Source: a virus
DNA: 64,000 nt
IMG/VR virus record: IMGVR_UViG_3300015202_000003
Span: 134,096-198,095 of that record
Direction: 5' to 3' (one strand)
The notes under the pieces were generated by a model that was not told where the DNA came from, made no database searches, and saw nothing but the letters and a program-made list of their open reading frames with translations. This document shows, in pieces, positions 50,201 through 58,411 of the stretch (the stretch's first letter is position 1; the number at the start of each line of letters is the position of its first letter). The position numbers and the translations under genes were made by a program.

Positions 50201-51497
50201 TAAAATAGAGCAATACATAAATTTTTTCGTTCATTATTTTTTTAGTAGTTTGTCCCCTGTATATAGGGGGATAGGTGGAACAACTTTGTTAGCAGCATTT
50301 TTAAACTGGTGGCTCAAAAAACAAGAGAGTAAACAAGACAAAGGAGACAAGAAAAAAGAAGATTCTCAAACTGCTAATGCGACGGTGGAAGTTGCTCGTA
50401 TTACGGATAGTGCGAGCGCCCTTCAATTTGTTTCTGGTCAATTGGAAAAATCTCAATTTCGCTCTGATTCTCTCCAAACGGACAACAATGAAAAAAACAT
50501 TAAAATAAATTCTCTAACTTATGATTTAGAAAGGGAAAAAAAGGGGGGTCAACAAGTTCAGGAAAGGTTGGAGTTTTTAAAAGAGGAAATGGCGAGAAAG
50601 AGTAAAGATTACGAAGAAATAGGTTTTAGGTCAGCATTATTTTTAGATTCTCTTCCAGATATTGTATGGTCTGCACGACAGGATGGTTTCGTAGATTACT
50701 TAAACAGAAAGTATTTTGATACGGTAGGGCATCAATTGCCAGAGATAGAGGGTTGGGGGTGGGAGAGTTTTGTTCATTCTTCGGATATAAAATTAGTAGA
50801 AGATATGTGGAAGAAATCTTTGGCAACGGGAGCTAATTTTGAAATTATTTATCGTTTATATCGGGCTTACGATAAATCTTATCGTTGGCAATTGACAAGA
50901 GCAACTTTAGTAAAAATAAAAGACAGAGGGGATAAATGGGTAGGGATTTCAGTAGACATAGACAATTTAATTTCTTCTCGAAATTCTTCTTCTTTAGATT
51001 TGACTGTTGTTGGAGGTAGTTCTGAAATTAAAAACAACCCTGTAAAAATCTTAGTGGCGGATGGGGATACTGCGATTTGGGGAGTTTTAAAAACCCTGTT
51101 CAAACTGAATGGTTGGGAAGGTTTCTTTGTGGAGGATGGAGAGCGAGCTTGGGATTCTTACGTTTCTAATTTATCTTCTTCTCCTTTTGACGTTATTATT
51201 TTAGAACTCTCTATTCCTAAAAAAACGGGTGAACAGGTTGTAAGACAAATAAGGGAGAGTGGTGATAAAAAAACCCCTATTTTTATTGTTTCTGCTAACA
51301 TTGAGGTTTTAACATTGGGCGCAAGAGAAAGTCTTTTATTAAAAGGTGTTTTATCTAAACCTTTTAATTTGGAAAATTTAAAAAGGGAAATTTTAAATGT
51401 TTTAAATCTTAAAGTAGAAAGTGAAGCTACAAAAGAAGTGCGCGCCAAAGAAGCATTAAAAAAAGAGTTAGAAGATTTAACAGGTGATATGTTGTAA
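50193..51497 (+). CDS. Membrane-anchored coiled-coil-PAS/PAC-atypical receiver protein
   Basis: N-terminal hydrophobic segment (GIGGTTLLAAFLNWW), coiled coil, PAS (LDSLPDIVW...YLNR...GWGW..FVH..D...YRW...WVG..VDID), receiver (ILVADGD, DVIILELSIPKKTG, VSA, SKPF). Confidence 0.88.
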   Translation: MDNKIEQYINFFVHYFFSSLSPVYRGIGGTTLLAAFLNWWLKKQESKQDKGDKKKEDSQTANATVEVARITDSASALQFVSGQLEKSQFRSDSLQTDNNEKNIKINSLTYDLEREKKGGQQVQERLEFLKEEMARKSKDYEEIGFRSALFLDSLPDIVWSARQDGFVDYLNRKYFDTVGHQLPEIEGWGWESFVHSSDIKLVEDMWKKSLATGANFEIIYRLYRAYDKSYRWQLTRATLVKIKDRGDKWVGISVDIDNLISSRNSSSLDLTVVGGSSEIKNNPVKILVADGDTAIWGVLKTLFKLNGWEGFFVEDGERAWDSYVSNLSSSPFDVIILELSIPKKTGEQVVRQIRESGDKKTPIFIVSANIEVLTLGARESLLLKGVLSKPFNLENLKREILNVLNLKVESEATKEVRAKEALKKELEDLTGDML

Positions 51498-51600
51498 GAA
51501 GAAGAGTTTTAAAAAACTATGATTTTAGAAGAAAAAGTTTTGGTGTCTTATAAATTTTTTCAGTTTGATTTTGTTCAAAAGTAGAAAATACTAAATTATA

Positions 51601-52593
51601 ATGATTGTTCCTATTGAAGAAATAGCTAAAAGTCCTATTGTATTCTTGTGCGATTTGAGTTGGGTTAGCTACAAAAGCCATCACGCCTATACTTATTTTG
51701 ATCCTATTTCAAAAACAAAAAAACCAACATTAACAGTTGAATTTGCAGGAGCAACTTTTTCTTCTGGTCATGTTTACGGCGTTTTAAATACAATAAAAAA
51801 TATAAAAACAAGGTTTCCAGATTCTTCTATTGTTCTTTGTATGGATGGTTTAAATTACAAAGAAAAAATAAAAGAAACTCATCCAGAATCAGAATACAAG
51901 CAAAACAGGGGTGGCGGGATTTCAGAAGAAATTCATAGAGATAGTGTTGAAACTTTGTCAATGGCTTCGGCTTTTCCTCAAGTTTATTATTCGTATCATC
52001 AAGACTACGAAGCGGACACTTTAATGGCTTCTATTGCATGGGAGTTAGAAAAATTTAAAAATATAAAAAGAGTTCTAATTTACACTGCTGACAAGGATTT
52101 GTTACAAACAACTTCTAATAAAATTTCTTTAATTAAACAATGGGAATCACATCCGAATCAATTAGGTTTAATGGGGCAGAGTTATGCTCAGGCTTTTTTT
52201 GGAGTAGATGTTAAGCAAATTCCTTTGTTTAGGGCAATTACGGGAGATGCTTCGGACAATTTAAAAGGGATTCAAAGATTCCCCAAAAAACTTTTAAAAG
52301 ATGTTTTTAATGAATCTAAAGTAGAAGACCCCAAACAATTGTGGGAATTGATTACGTTAAATCCTAAATTAAAATCTAACAAGTCAATTAAAAATTTAAT
52401 AAGAGAGTTTGAAACGGTTAGAGTTAATTATTCTTTAATGAAAATTGTTCCTAAACCTTTTCAAATAGAGAGAATGGAAAGAAAAGATTTACAAGATCAA
52501 TTATTTGAAAAATGGAGAATGGGTTCTATCGAATGTTTTCTAAAAAAGTTTCTGAGAGAGAGGAAGTTAGAGGAAAAAACAAATTTAATTTAA
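51601..52593 (+). CDS. 5'-3' exonuclease / flap endonuclease (T4 RNase H / PolI N-terminal family)
   Basis: CMDG, YKQNR, EADT, DKDLLQ and GDASDNLKG motifs. Confidence 0.9.
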   Translation: MIVPIEEIAKSPIVFLCDLSWVSYKSHHAYTYFDPISKTKKPTLTVEFAGATFSSGHVYGVLNTIKNIKTRFPDSSIVLCMDGLNYKEKIKETHPESEYKQNRGGGISEEIHRDSVETLSMASAFPQVYYSYHQDYEADTLMASIAWELEKFKNIKRVLIYTADKDLLQTTSNKISLIKQWESHPNQLGLMGQSYAQAFFGVDVKQIPLFRAITGDASDNLKGIQRFPKKLLKDVFNESKVEDPKQLWELITLNPKLKSNKSIKNLIREFETVRVNYSLMKIVPKPFQIERMERKDLQDQLFEKWRMGSIECFLKKFLRERKLEEKTNLI

Positions 52594-52675
52594 CATACAA
52601 TCTTCTTTTTTTTTAAAAATTTTTTATAAAAACAAAACCTAATCTCTTAAAACAGAGATTTTTATTTTTAACAAC

Positions 52676-53161
52676 ATGAAACTTATTTACGGCAGTTTAT
52701 GGGATAATATTTCTCCATTAGATTTAATTTTAGTTCCAGCCAGTAGAACTTTGGACAGGACAGATAAAGTATTAGCTTATAGTTCTGAACTTCAAAAAAC
52801 CCAAGAAATTTTTCCAGATTTTCTTTCTAAATTTGGAAAAGAGTTGGATGGTTCTGAGTCTTTTTACGGCTTATTAACAGAATCTTTTTTATATAAAAAT
52901 AAACCTGTTAGTTTGGGTTTATTTCAGGTTCATACTCATTTTAGAAACTCGTATTCTTTGAATTTGTTTAAACTGAGCATTGAGAAGTTAAATTTGGTTT
53001 CTAATCAATTTAGTAGAATTTGTTTAAGTTTTCCGGTTGGTTTTCTATCGTGCTATAAAACTAAAGAGTTAATTCCTTTGTTAGAAATGCTACCTGAAAA
53101 TTGTGTTGTATGGGTTCCGTTAAGTATGAAACCTAAGAAACAAAAGAAATTTAAATCTTAG
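52676..53161 (+). CDS. Degenerate macrodomain-like protein
   Basis: G.LWD, FQV..HF, L..SIE.L, LPENC.VW framework of phage macro proteins, but Gly-rich ligand loops are absent. Confidence 0.45.
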   Translation: MKLIYGSLWDNISPLDLILVPASRTLDRTDKVLAYSSELQKTQEIFPDFLSKFGKELDGSESFYGLLTESFLYKNKPVSLGLFQVHTHFRNSYSLNLFKLSIEKLNLVSNQFSRICLSFPVGFLSCYKTKELIPLLEMLPENCVVWVPLSMKPKKQKKFKS

Positions 53162-53202
53162 GAAAAACCTCTGTTAAATTTTATTTTAACAGGGTTTTTT
53201 CC
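53161..53202 (+). terminator. Intrinsic terminator
   Basis: GGAAAAACCTCTGTTAAA-loop-TTTAACAGGGTTTTTTCC. Confidence 0.7.
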
Positions 53203-53523
53203 AACCAAATTCAGTGTTTCCTCTTCCGTGAGATTCTATGGAGATAACCTCCCACAAGTTTTTCTGTCAAAGGAACCTAAGAATAACCTTTACGTTCAAA
53301 TATAGGATATTAGAAAAAAGTTGGTTTATTAAAGATTTTCAATTTAAATTTCCAGTCTTTCCGAATGAAACTTGTTCTCTTTAAGAGACAAAATGTTTCC
53401 CTTATAATAAAGCTGAGTTTTTAAAATTAAAAACCTAATTAAGAATAAATTTTGATTTCTAAATTTGAATGTAGGGTTTAATTTAAAATCTGTTATTGAA
53501 CAGTTTTTTTCTTATTTTTTGTT

Positions 53524-53712
53524 ATGTTTTCAAATGAAGCTGAAGAGAAGACAGAAAATTTCTCTATTTTAGATTTAAAGAATAGATTAGAGGAAGAAAA
53601 TCCGTTATTAAAAGAAACTTACGCTGATTTTTTAAAAAGTTACGTCAGGTTTAATTCTCAATACAATAAATTTTTGGACGGGTTTACGAACAGAGGTAAA
53701 GAAGTTAGGTAG
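53524..53712 (+). CDS. Small hypothetical protein
   Basis: 62-aa ORF. Confidence 0.45.
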   Translation: MFSNEAEEKTENFSILDLKNRLEEENPLLKETYADFLKSYVRFNSQYNKFLDGFTNRGKEVR

Positions 53713-53966
53713 AGGTGTTTTTTGAAAGGTAGATTCAGATGGTTGTAGAGAATTAAGCTAAAACTAAATTGGTTTTTAGTAGTTCTCTGATGTAGTTCAG
53801 TTTCTTTTCTATTTCGGGAGTGAGTTCTGTTTCCTTTCCGAATCCGAAAAACGGAGGTTCTTTTGCTTGGAAGACACCTAGGTATATTCTCAGCGAGATA
53901 AGGAACTTGCGGGATTAGACTGTGATTGTGATGGCGATAATTTTGAACTTAGATAAGGACAATAGA

Positions 53967-54155
53967 ATGAAAAATTTTTTCTGCCTTTTATTCGGCCATA
54001 GATATTTTGTGGCCGAAGAATTTTCTTTTTCTTGTCGAAAAGTTGGTTGTCATAGATGCCCTTCTTTATGGGGTATGCATGACCGAGTGAAAGCCTTTTT
54101 GCCTTGGGATAGTGATTTAGCAGAGGCCAGGAGAATCCTAAAAAATGAGGTGTAG
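53967..54155 (+). CDS. Small Cys/His protein (DUF1660-like)
   Basis: FCLLFGHRY...C.RC; AAGGA upstream of ATG 53967. Confidence 0.55.
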   Translation: MKNFFCLLFGHRYFVAEEFSFSCRKVGCHRCPSLWGMHDRVKAFLPWDSDLAEARRILKNEV

Positions 54156-54354
54156 TTATTGCGGCGCGAGAACGCACACGATTAAAAATTGCCCGAAGAC
54201 TTTCTCCGGGCAAGCCAATCGTAATGCGATGCGGTGTTCTTATTGCGGAAACAAGACACATAACCTCGCAGCGTGTCCTAAGACGTGGAATGGAAATGCG
54301 GCCCGTAAATGGGCACCAAAGAACGTAGAAAACGACTTCTTGAAAGAGGAGTAG
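54145..54354 (+). CDS. Double CCHC zinc-knuckle protein
   Basis: Two CX2CX4HX4C motifs: CSYCGARTHTIKNC and CSYCGNKTHNLAAC. Confidence 0.8.
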   Translation: MRCSYCGARTHTIKNCPKTFSGQANRNAMRCSYCGNKTHNLAACPKTWNGNAARKWAPKNVENDFLKEE

Positions 54355-54676
54355 AGACCAAAATGAACGAGATTAAATTACCCATCACGGAAGATGAAAA
54401 ACAACAGGTTTTTGACCGTCTTCCCTAAATAGGGAGGCACTTAATTAAACGTCTCTCCCAGAACGAAGATTCTTAGAGAAACTTATTTCAGTTATAAATA
54501 AAACTGTTGAAACCTTTTTCTTCTCCTAAGCGTTTGTATTAAATGAGAAAAGGAAGTGGTTTGGTCACTCAGTTTCTTTTCTCTAAGAAGTCTTCTGTAG
54601 CTGTATTTTTATTAGATTTAATATAGTTACAGAAGACGTGTGACGTTTAGGGAATCGTCTAATAAACCTCTTTTAC

Positions 54677-54748
54677 AGCCTGTTAGCTCAATGGAAAGAG
54701 CGGTATCCTTCTAAGTTATATATAGAGGTTCGATTCCTCTACGGGCTA
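54677..54748 (+). tRNA. tRNA-Arg (UCU), no encoded CCA, imperfect anticodon stem
   Basis: Acceptor AGCCTGT/ACGGGCT, D arm GCTC/GAGC, anticodon loop CT-TCT-AA, T arm AGAGG-TTCGATT-CCTCT. Confidence 0.8.
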
Positions 54749-54802
54749 AATTCTACTGCATATTACAATCTTTTAGGTTGTTTTGTGTGATATAGATGTT
54801 TG

Positions 54803-54850
54803 AAACCAAAAACCCTCTTTGATTAAGTTCAAAGGGGGTTTTTGGTTTTT
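54803..54850 (+). terminator. Intrinsic terminator after the tRNA
   Basis: AAACCAAAAACCCTCTTTGA-loop-TCAAAGGGGGTTTTTGGTTT. Confidence 0.75.
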
Positions 54851-54859
54851 ACCTAAAAA

Positions 54860-54897
54860 GCCGTAAGGCTCCTTGCTTTAGCAATGGGGAGTGTCAA
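54860..54897 (+). mobile_element. IS200/IS605-like terminal hairpin remnant
   Basis: gccgtaaggctccttgctttagcaatggggagtgtcaa: hairpin ending in TCAA, a typical right-end tetranucleotide; no transposase nearby. Confidence 0.55.
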
Positions 54898-54969
54898 ATA
54901 AGAAAATCTGTTTAATCGATAGGCAACTTCTGTCTCTTATACTCGTTTAAATAAGAGAAGGGAAGAAAA

Positions 54970-55533
54970 ATGACAAATCAAGAATTTATCGCTTTGCCAG
55001 TCGGCAAACAGCGTGTCGAAATCGCAAAAGATATTCTCAAACAAATTGAATGGGATATTTTTATTCCTCAAACTGGTGCATATGTTGAACGGCTAACTAT
55101 TGATGGTGTGAACCCAGACAGTTTTTCAGATTTATCAGAGGAAAGTGTTCAGGATAAATATGAGAGAATCGAAAGTTGTAAGGTGTGTGCCATTGGTGCG
55201 TGTGTGTTAGCCGCAACTAAGTATAAGAACAAAGTAATTTTTGCTGATGTAACAAGCAGCGCACATGTTTTCAAAGCATCTGAAAATATCCGAGAAGTTC
55301 TTAGTGATGTGTTTACTGCAAAACAGTTATTGCTTATAGAATGTTCTTTTGAAGGGTTCCTATTAGGCCGAAATAGTTTTGCTGTTGATACTTTGGACAA
55401 GTCTGTTGAGTTAACGGAAGCAGAAGGAGAAGCCTGTCTTAGGTTTAATCATAAGTATGAAAACGACACTGAAATTCTTGTTGCTATAATGGAAAATATC
55501 GTTAAGAACAATGGCCGTTTTCGTATTCACTGA
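54970..55533 (+). CDS. Hypothetical protein (CKVCAIGA motif)
   Basis: 187-aa ORF with a purine-rich leader. Confidence 0.75.
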   Translation: MTNQEFIALPVGKQRVEIAKDILKQIEWDIFIPQTGAYVERLTIDGVNPDSFSDLSEESVQDKYERIESCKVCAIGACVLAATKYKNKVIFADVTSSAHVFKASENIREVLSDVFTAKQLLLIECSFEGFLLGRNSFAVDTLDKSVELTEAEGEACLRFNHKYENDTEILVAIMENIVKNNGRFRIH

Positions 55534-55539
55534 AATGGG

Positions 55540-55576
55540 GTGTAAAACCTCTCAGCTTGTCTGAGAGGTAATTCAC
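55540..55576 (+). mobile_element. IS200/IS605-like terminal hairpin remnant
   Basis: tgtaaaACCTCTCAGcttgtCTGAGAGGTaattcac: hairpin ending in TCAC. Confidence 0.55.
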
Positions 55577-55704
55577 ACATTTTTCTTTGTCTGTTAACCG
55601 TCATTTAAAATTTAGAGTTGATTTTACAATTTAATTTATAACTAAAATCAAAAAAACTTAGAATCTTCGTTCTTCGTATTTTGTCTTTTGTCTTTATATT
55701 CCAA

Positions 55705-56052
55705 ATGGAAAGTTATTTAATCTACATGAATCTGAAAAAGAATTTTTTTTGTTGTTCTTTACGAGACAACGAAAAGATAGAAGAGCTTTTCTCTAAGCGT
55801 GAAACAATGAGATGGTTACGAAAGAGATTCAAACAGTTGTCTTTTAAACATCCTGATTTTAAAATAAAACTTTCTGACAAAGAAATTTTAGATTTACTCT
55901 ATTTTTCTGGTTACGAGGGAAGGTTTGAATTTTTCAAACAGGTTTCTGAGGCGGGTGTTTTACAAGTTATGGGAGTAGAAGAGAGCAGTAATTTCAAAAG
56001 TTTTAAATGGGGTGGCACAGAAAGTTCTGGCATTATGTGTTCTATTTTTTAA
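55705..56052 (+). CDS. Hypothetical protein
   Basis: ORF downstream of the first repeat copy; start at 55705 or 55726. Confidence 0.6.
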   Translation: MESYLIYMNLKKNFFCCSLRDNEKIEELFSKRETMRWLRKRFKQLSFKHPDFKIKLSDKEILDLLYFSGYEGRFEFFKQVSEAGVLQVMGVEESSNFKSFKWGGTESSGIMCSIF

Positions 56053-56323
56053 TTGCAAACAAGACTTATAATTTTTCATAAGAGTCTTTTTTTGTGTCTT
56101 TAAATTTGATGAAACTCAAACTTTTAGTGGGTTTAGATTTCCAAGGGCTTTTTTCGCTTTACGTTAGATTTTTTTCTTCCGTTCAAGAAAAAGGTAAGTT
56201 AGAAGCTGTTGATTTTAGTTTATAGCTGAAATAATTAAAATAAGGAGGGTTTCTTCCTCCTTATTTCTTTTATTAAAAAAACTATGAATCTTCGTTCTTC
56301 GTATTTTGTCTTTATATTTGATT

Positions 56324-56632
56324 ATGCAACCAGCACAAAATTTAAGCGCACAAGAGATTGAAAATTTCAATCTCCAAGTTTGGGAGAATTACGTTTCTCT
56401 TTTAGAAGAGGGGCCGAGTTTGTTGCTGGAGCCTTCAGAGAAATTTAGTGTGGCTTTATCTGAAGTTCTCAGAGAAAATCAATTAGAGTCTTCTTTTGTA
56501 AGTTTTGACCCTTATAATTTTCCTTCTCGTTTTATAAATTCCAAAGGGTTTGAAGTAGGTTGTTGGACAGTTTTCCCTAACAGCGAGTTTACGGACGATG
56601 AATTTGAAGGTGAATGTTTTGAGATAATTTAG
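56324..56632 (+). CDS. Acidic hypothetical protein
   Basis: ATG at 56324, downstream of the second repeat copy. Confidence 0.6.
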   Translation: MQPAQNLSAQEIENFNLQVWENYVSLLEEGPSLLLEPSEKFSVALSEVLRENQLESSFVSFDPYNFPSRFINSKGFEVGCWTVFPNSEFTDDEFEGECFEII

Positions 56633-56645
56633 GTTAATTTTTTCT

Positions 56646-56813
56646 ATGTTTAAAAATTTAATTTTTCCTGATTATCTTGTTTTGTTTTTGGTTTTTCAAT
56701 TCATTGTGGTATCTTTGTTTTACGTTATATCTCACAAGTATTGGGTTTCTCTTTACTGGTTGGCGTCTGCTTTAATTAATTTTTCTGCATTTGCTATGTC
56801 TAAAACCCGTTAA
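56646..56813 (+). CDS. Small two-TM membrane protein (55 aa)
   Basis: MFKNLIFPDYLVLFLVFQFIVVSLFYVISHKYWVSLYWLASALINFSAFAMSKTR; below the ORF-track cutoff. Confidence 0.55.
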   Translation: MFKNLIFPDYLVLFLVFQFIVVSLFYVISHKYWVSLYWLASALINFSAFAMSKTR

Positions 56814-56850
56814 AAAAACTCTTGAAATTCAATCTTTTCTCCGAAGCAGC

Positions 56851-56888
56851 AAAAAGCCCGTTTAGATTTTTTTCTAAACGGGCTTTTT
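56851..56888. terminator. Bidirectional terminator between convergent genes
   Basis: AAAAAGCCCGTTTAGA-loop-TCTAAACGGGCTTTTT. Confidence 0.8.
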
Positions 56889-56897
56889 ATTTATTTT

Positions 56898-57170
56898 TTA
56901 ACTGTCGTGGTAGCCTACTTTTCCATAGGCAATTCCTGTAGCACCGGGACATTTCAAAGTTCTTTCTACTGTCTTATTCCAGAGATTGAGAAGATGTTTT
57001 TTTATACTTTTTTCCATAAGACCTTCTTCTATGTCTGAAAGAAAACTTGTTAATTCGCCGTCTGATTCAACACCTCCCTTAATTTTATGTTTTTCGGCAA
57101 ATTTAATTGCTTTCAAGTTCAGGGTTTCTTGCTCGCCGTCTTGTGCGTTTCGGATGCAATTCCAAGCCAT
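56898..57170 (-). CDS. Hypothetical protein with its own SD and promoter candidate
   Basis: AAGGAG upstream on the minus strand; TTGACC-N16-TACCTT at 57229-57202. Confidence 0.7.
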   Translation of the reverse strand: MAWNCIRNAQDGEQETLNLKAIKFAEKHKIKGGVESDGELTSFLSDIEEGLMEKSIKKHLLNLWNKTVERTLKCPGATGIAYGKVGYHDS

Positions 57171-57311
57171 AGTGTTTATTTTCTCCTTTGTCCTTTTGTT
57201 GAAGGTAATAGTTAAACGCTTGAGGTCAACTCAAAGATTCTTATTTTTATTTATTACATTTATAACTTTAAGTGAGGGATTTTATCTGGCTATCAAACGT
57301 CTTAAATATTT

Positions 57312-57770
57312 ATGAAAAGATGTTTTTCTTATTCAAAACACGCGAAGAGGATTGGTGCCGCACGTTTTATGGGGATGTTGGGGAAAACTCCTTTGTCTTC
57401 TAAGGATAAGAGTGAGTATTTACAAGCAAAAATAGAAGGTATCAAACAATCAATTTTAAGGGGAGATTACGAGACAAAAACAATTTCTCAAATTGCTTCT
57501 TTTCGAGGCATAGAAGTTTCTATTTTAGAAACGGAAGGGTTAACAGATGAATTTATTTTATTTTGTTCTTGTAAACCTAATCCTCAACTTTCGGCTGTTG
57601 TTTTAGCTTCAGTTTGGGGTGTATCGTTTTTAACGGCAAACAAGTGGAAGTCTTTTCAATTAAAAGGTTTAACAGTGGCTTTTTCTGCTAAAAGGGAGAA
57701 ACTTATATTGGAAGAGAAACAAAGAGCTTTTAATAAAGAGTGTTCATTAGATATAGATAAAGTGATTTAA
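57312..57770 (+). CDS. Hypothetical protein, probably interrupted by the IS607 element
   Basis: Joining at the AG of 57723-57724 to base 59738 restores a frame (...EKQREQTTGQ...KYIEV*) that ends 6 nt before the next gene. Confidence 0.55.
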   Translation: MKRCFSYSKHAKRIGAARFMGMLGKTPLSSKDKSEYLQAKIEGIKQSILRGDYETKTISQIASFRGIEVSILETEGLTDEFILFCSCKPNPQLSAVVLASVWGVSFLTANKWKSFQLKGLTVAFSAKREKLILEEKQRAFNKECSLDIDKVI

Positions 57771-57781
57771 AATACATATAG

Positions 57782-58411
57782 ATGTATAAGAGCAGCACAT
57801 ATTCTATTTCGGAATTTTCAAAGAAAGTGGGGAGGACAGTTAAGACGCTTCAGCGTTGGGACAGGGAGGGGATTTTAAAACCTTCTCGAACATTGACAAA
57901 TAGAAGATATTACGAAGATTCTGATTTTAAAAAAGCGATGGGTTTGTTAGGGATAGAATCTGAAATTAAAAATTCAAAGCCTTTTGTTTATTGCCGTGTT
58001 TCCTCTCCTGCCCAGAGAACAGACTTGCAAAATCAGATGGAAATTTTAGGTTTGTTTTGTGCGGCAAAAGGGTTGTCTGATTTAGTTTGGATTCAAGAGA
58101 TTGGGGGAGGTTTAAATTTCAAACGTCCTAAGTTCTTATCCTTAATGGAGTTTATTGAAAAGGGAGAAGTTTCCCATCTTGTTATTGCTCATAAAGACTG
58201 TTTAGTTCGTTTTGGTTTTGAGTGGTTCGAGCATTTTTGCGTTTCTCATGGATGTGAATTATTAATTTTAAACCAAGAAAAACTATCTCCTGAAAAAGAG
58301 ATGGTGGAAGATTTAATGTCAATAGTTCATTGTTTTTCTTCTCGTTTATATGGTCTACGAAACTATAAGAAATCTTTAGTGAAACATTTAGGGGAATCTG
58401 ATGTTAAATAG
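57782..58411 (+). CDS. tnpA: IS607 serine recombinase TnpA
   Basis: MerR-like HTH (TLQRWD..G...RT..NRRYY), YCRVSS..Q..DL..Q, EIGGGLNFKR, FSSRLYG.R. HKDCL replaces the usual HKDRL. Confidence 0.95.
   Translation: MYKSSTYSISEFSKKVGRTVKTLQRWDREGILKPSRTLTNRRYYEDSDFKKAMGLLGIESEIKNSKPFVYCRVSSPAQRTDLQNQMEILGLFCAAKGLSDLVWIQEIGGGLNFKRPKFLSLMEFIEKGEVSHLVIAHKDCLVRFGFEWFEHFCVSHGCELLILNQEKLSPEKEMVEDLMSIVHCFSSRLYGLRNYKKSLVKHLGESDVK

Noticed and set aside
53203-53320. Possible AlkB-like pseudogene fragment (RITFTFK resembling RINLTFR)
   Set aside because: Similarity is too short and interrupted by stops to support without a search.
53820-53915. gacacctagg segment as a HEARO/IscB omegaRNA
   Set aside because: There is no IscB/IsrB ORF and no supporting stems; the segment reads better as a decayed small ORF.
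54889-54901. 12-nt match (agtgtcaaataa) to the orphan right-end junction, as a target of the second guide
   Set aside because: The match is short and AT-rich, diverges after 10 guide bases, and is explained by the IS605-type ...gagtgtcaa end.
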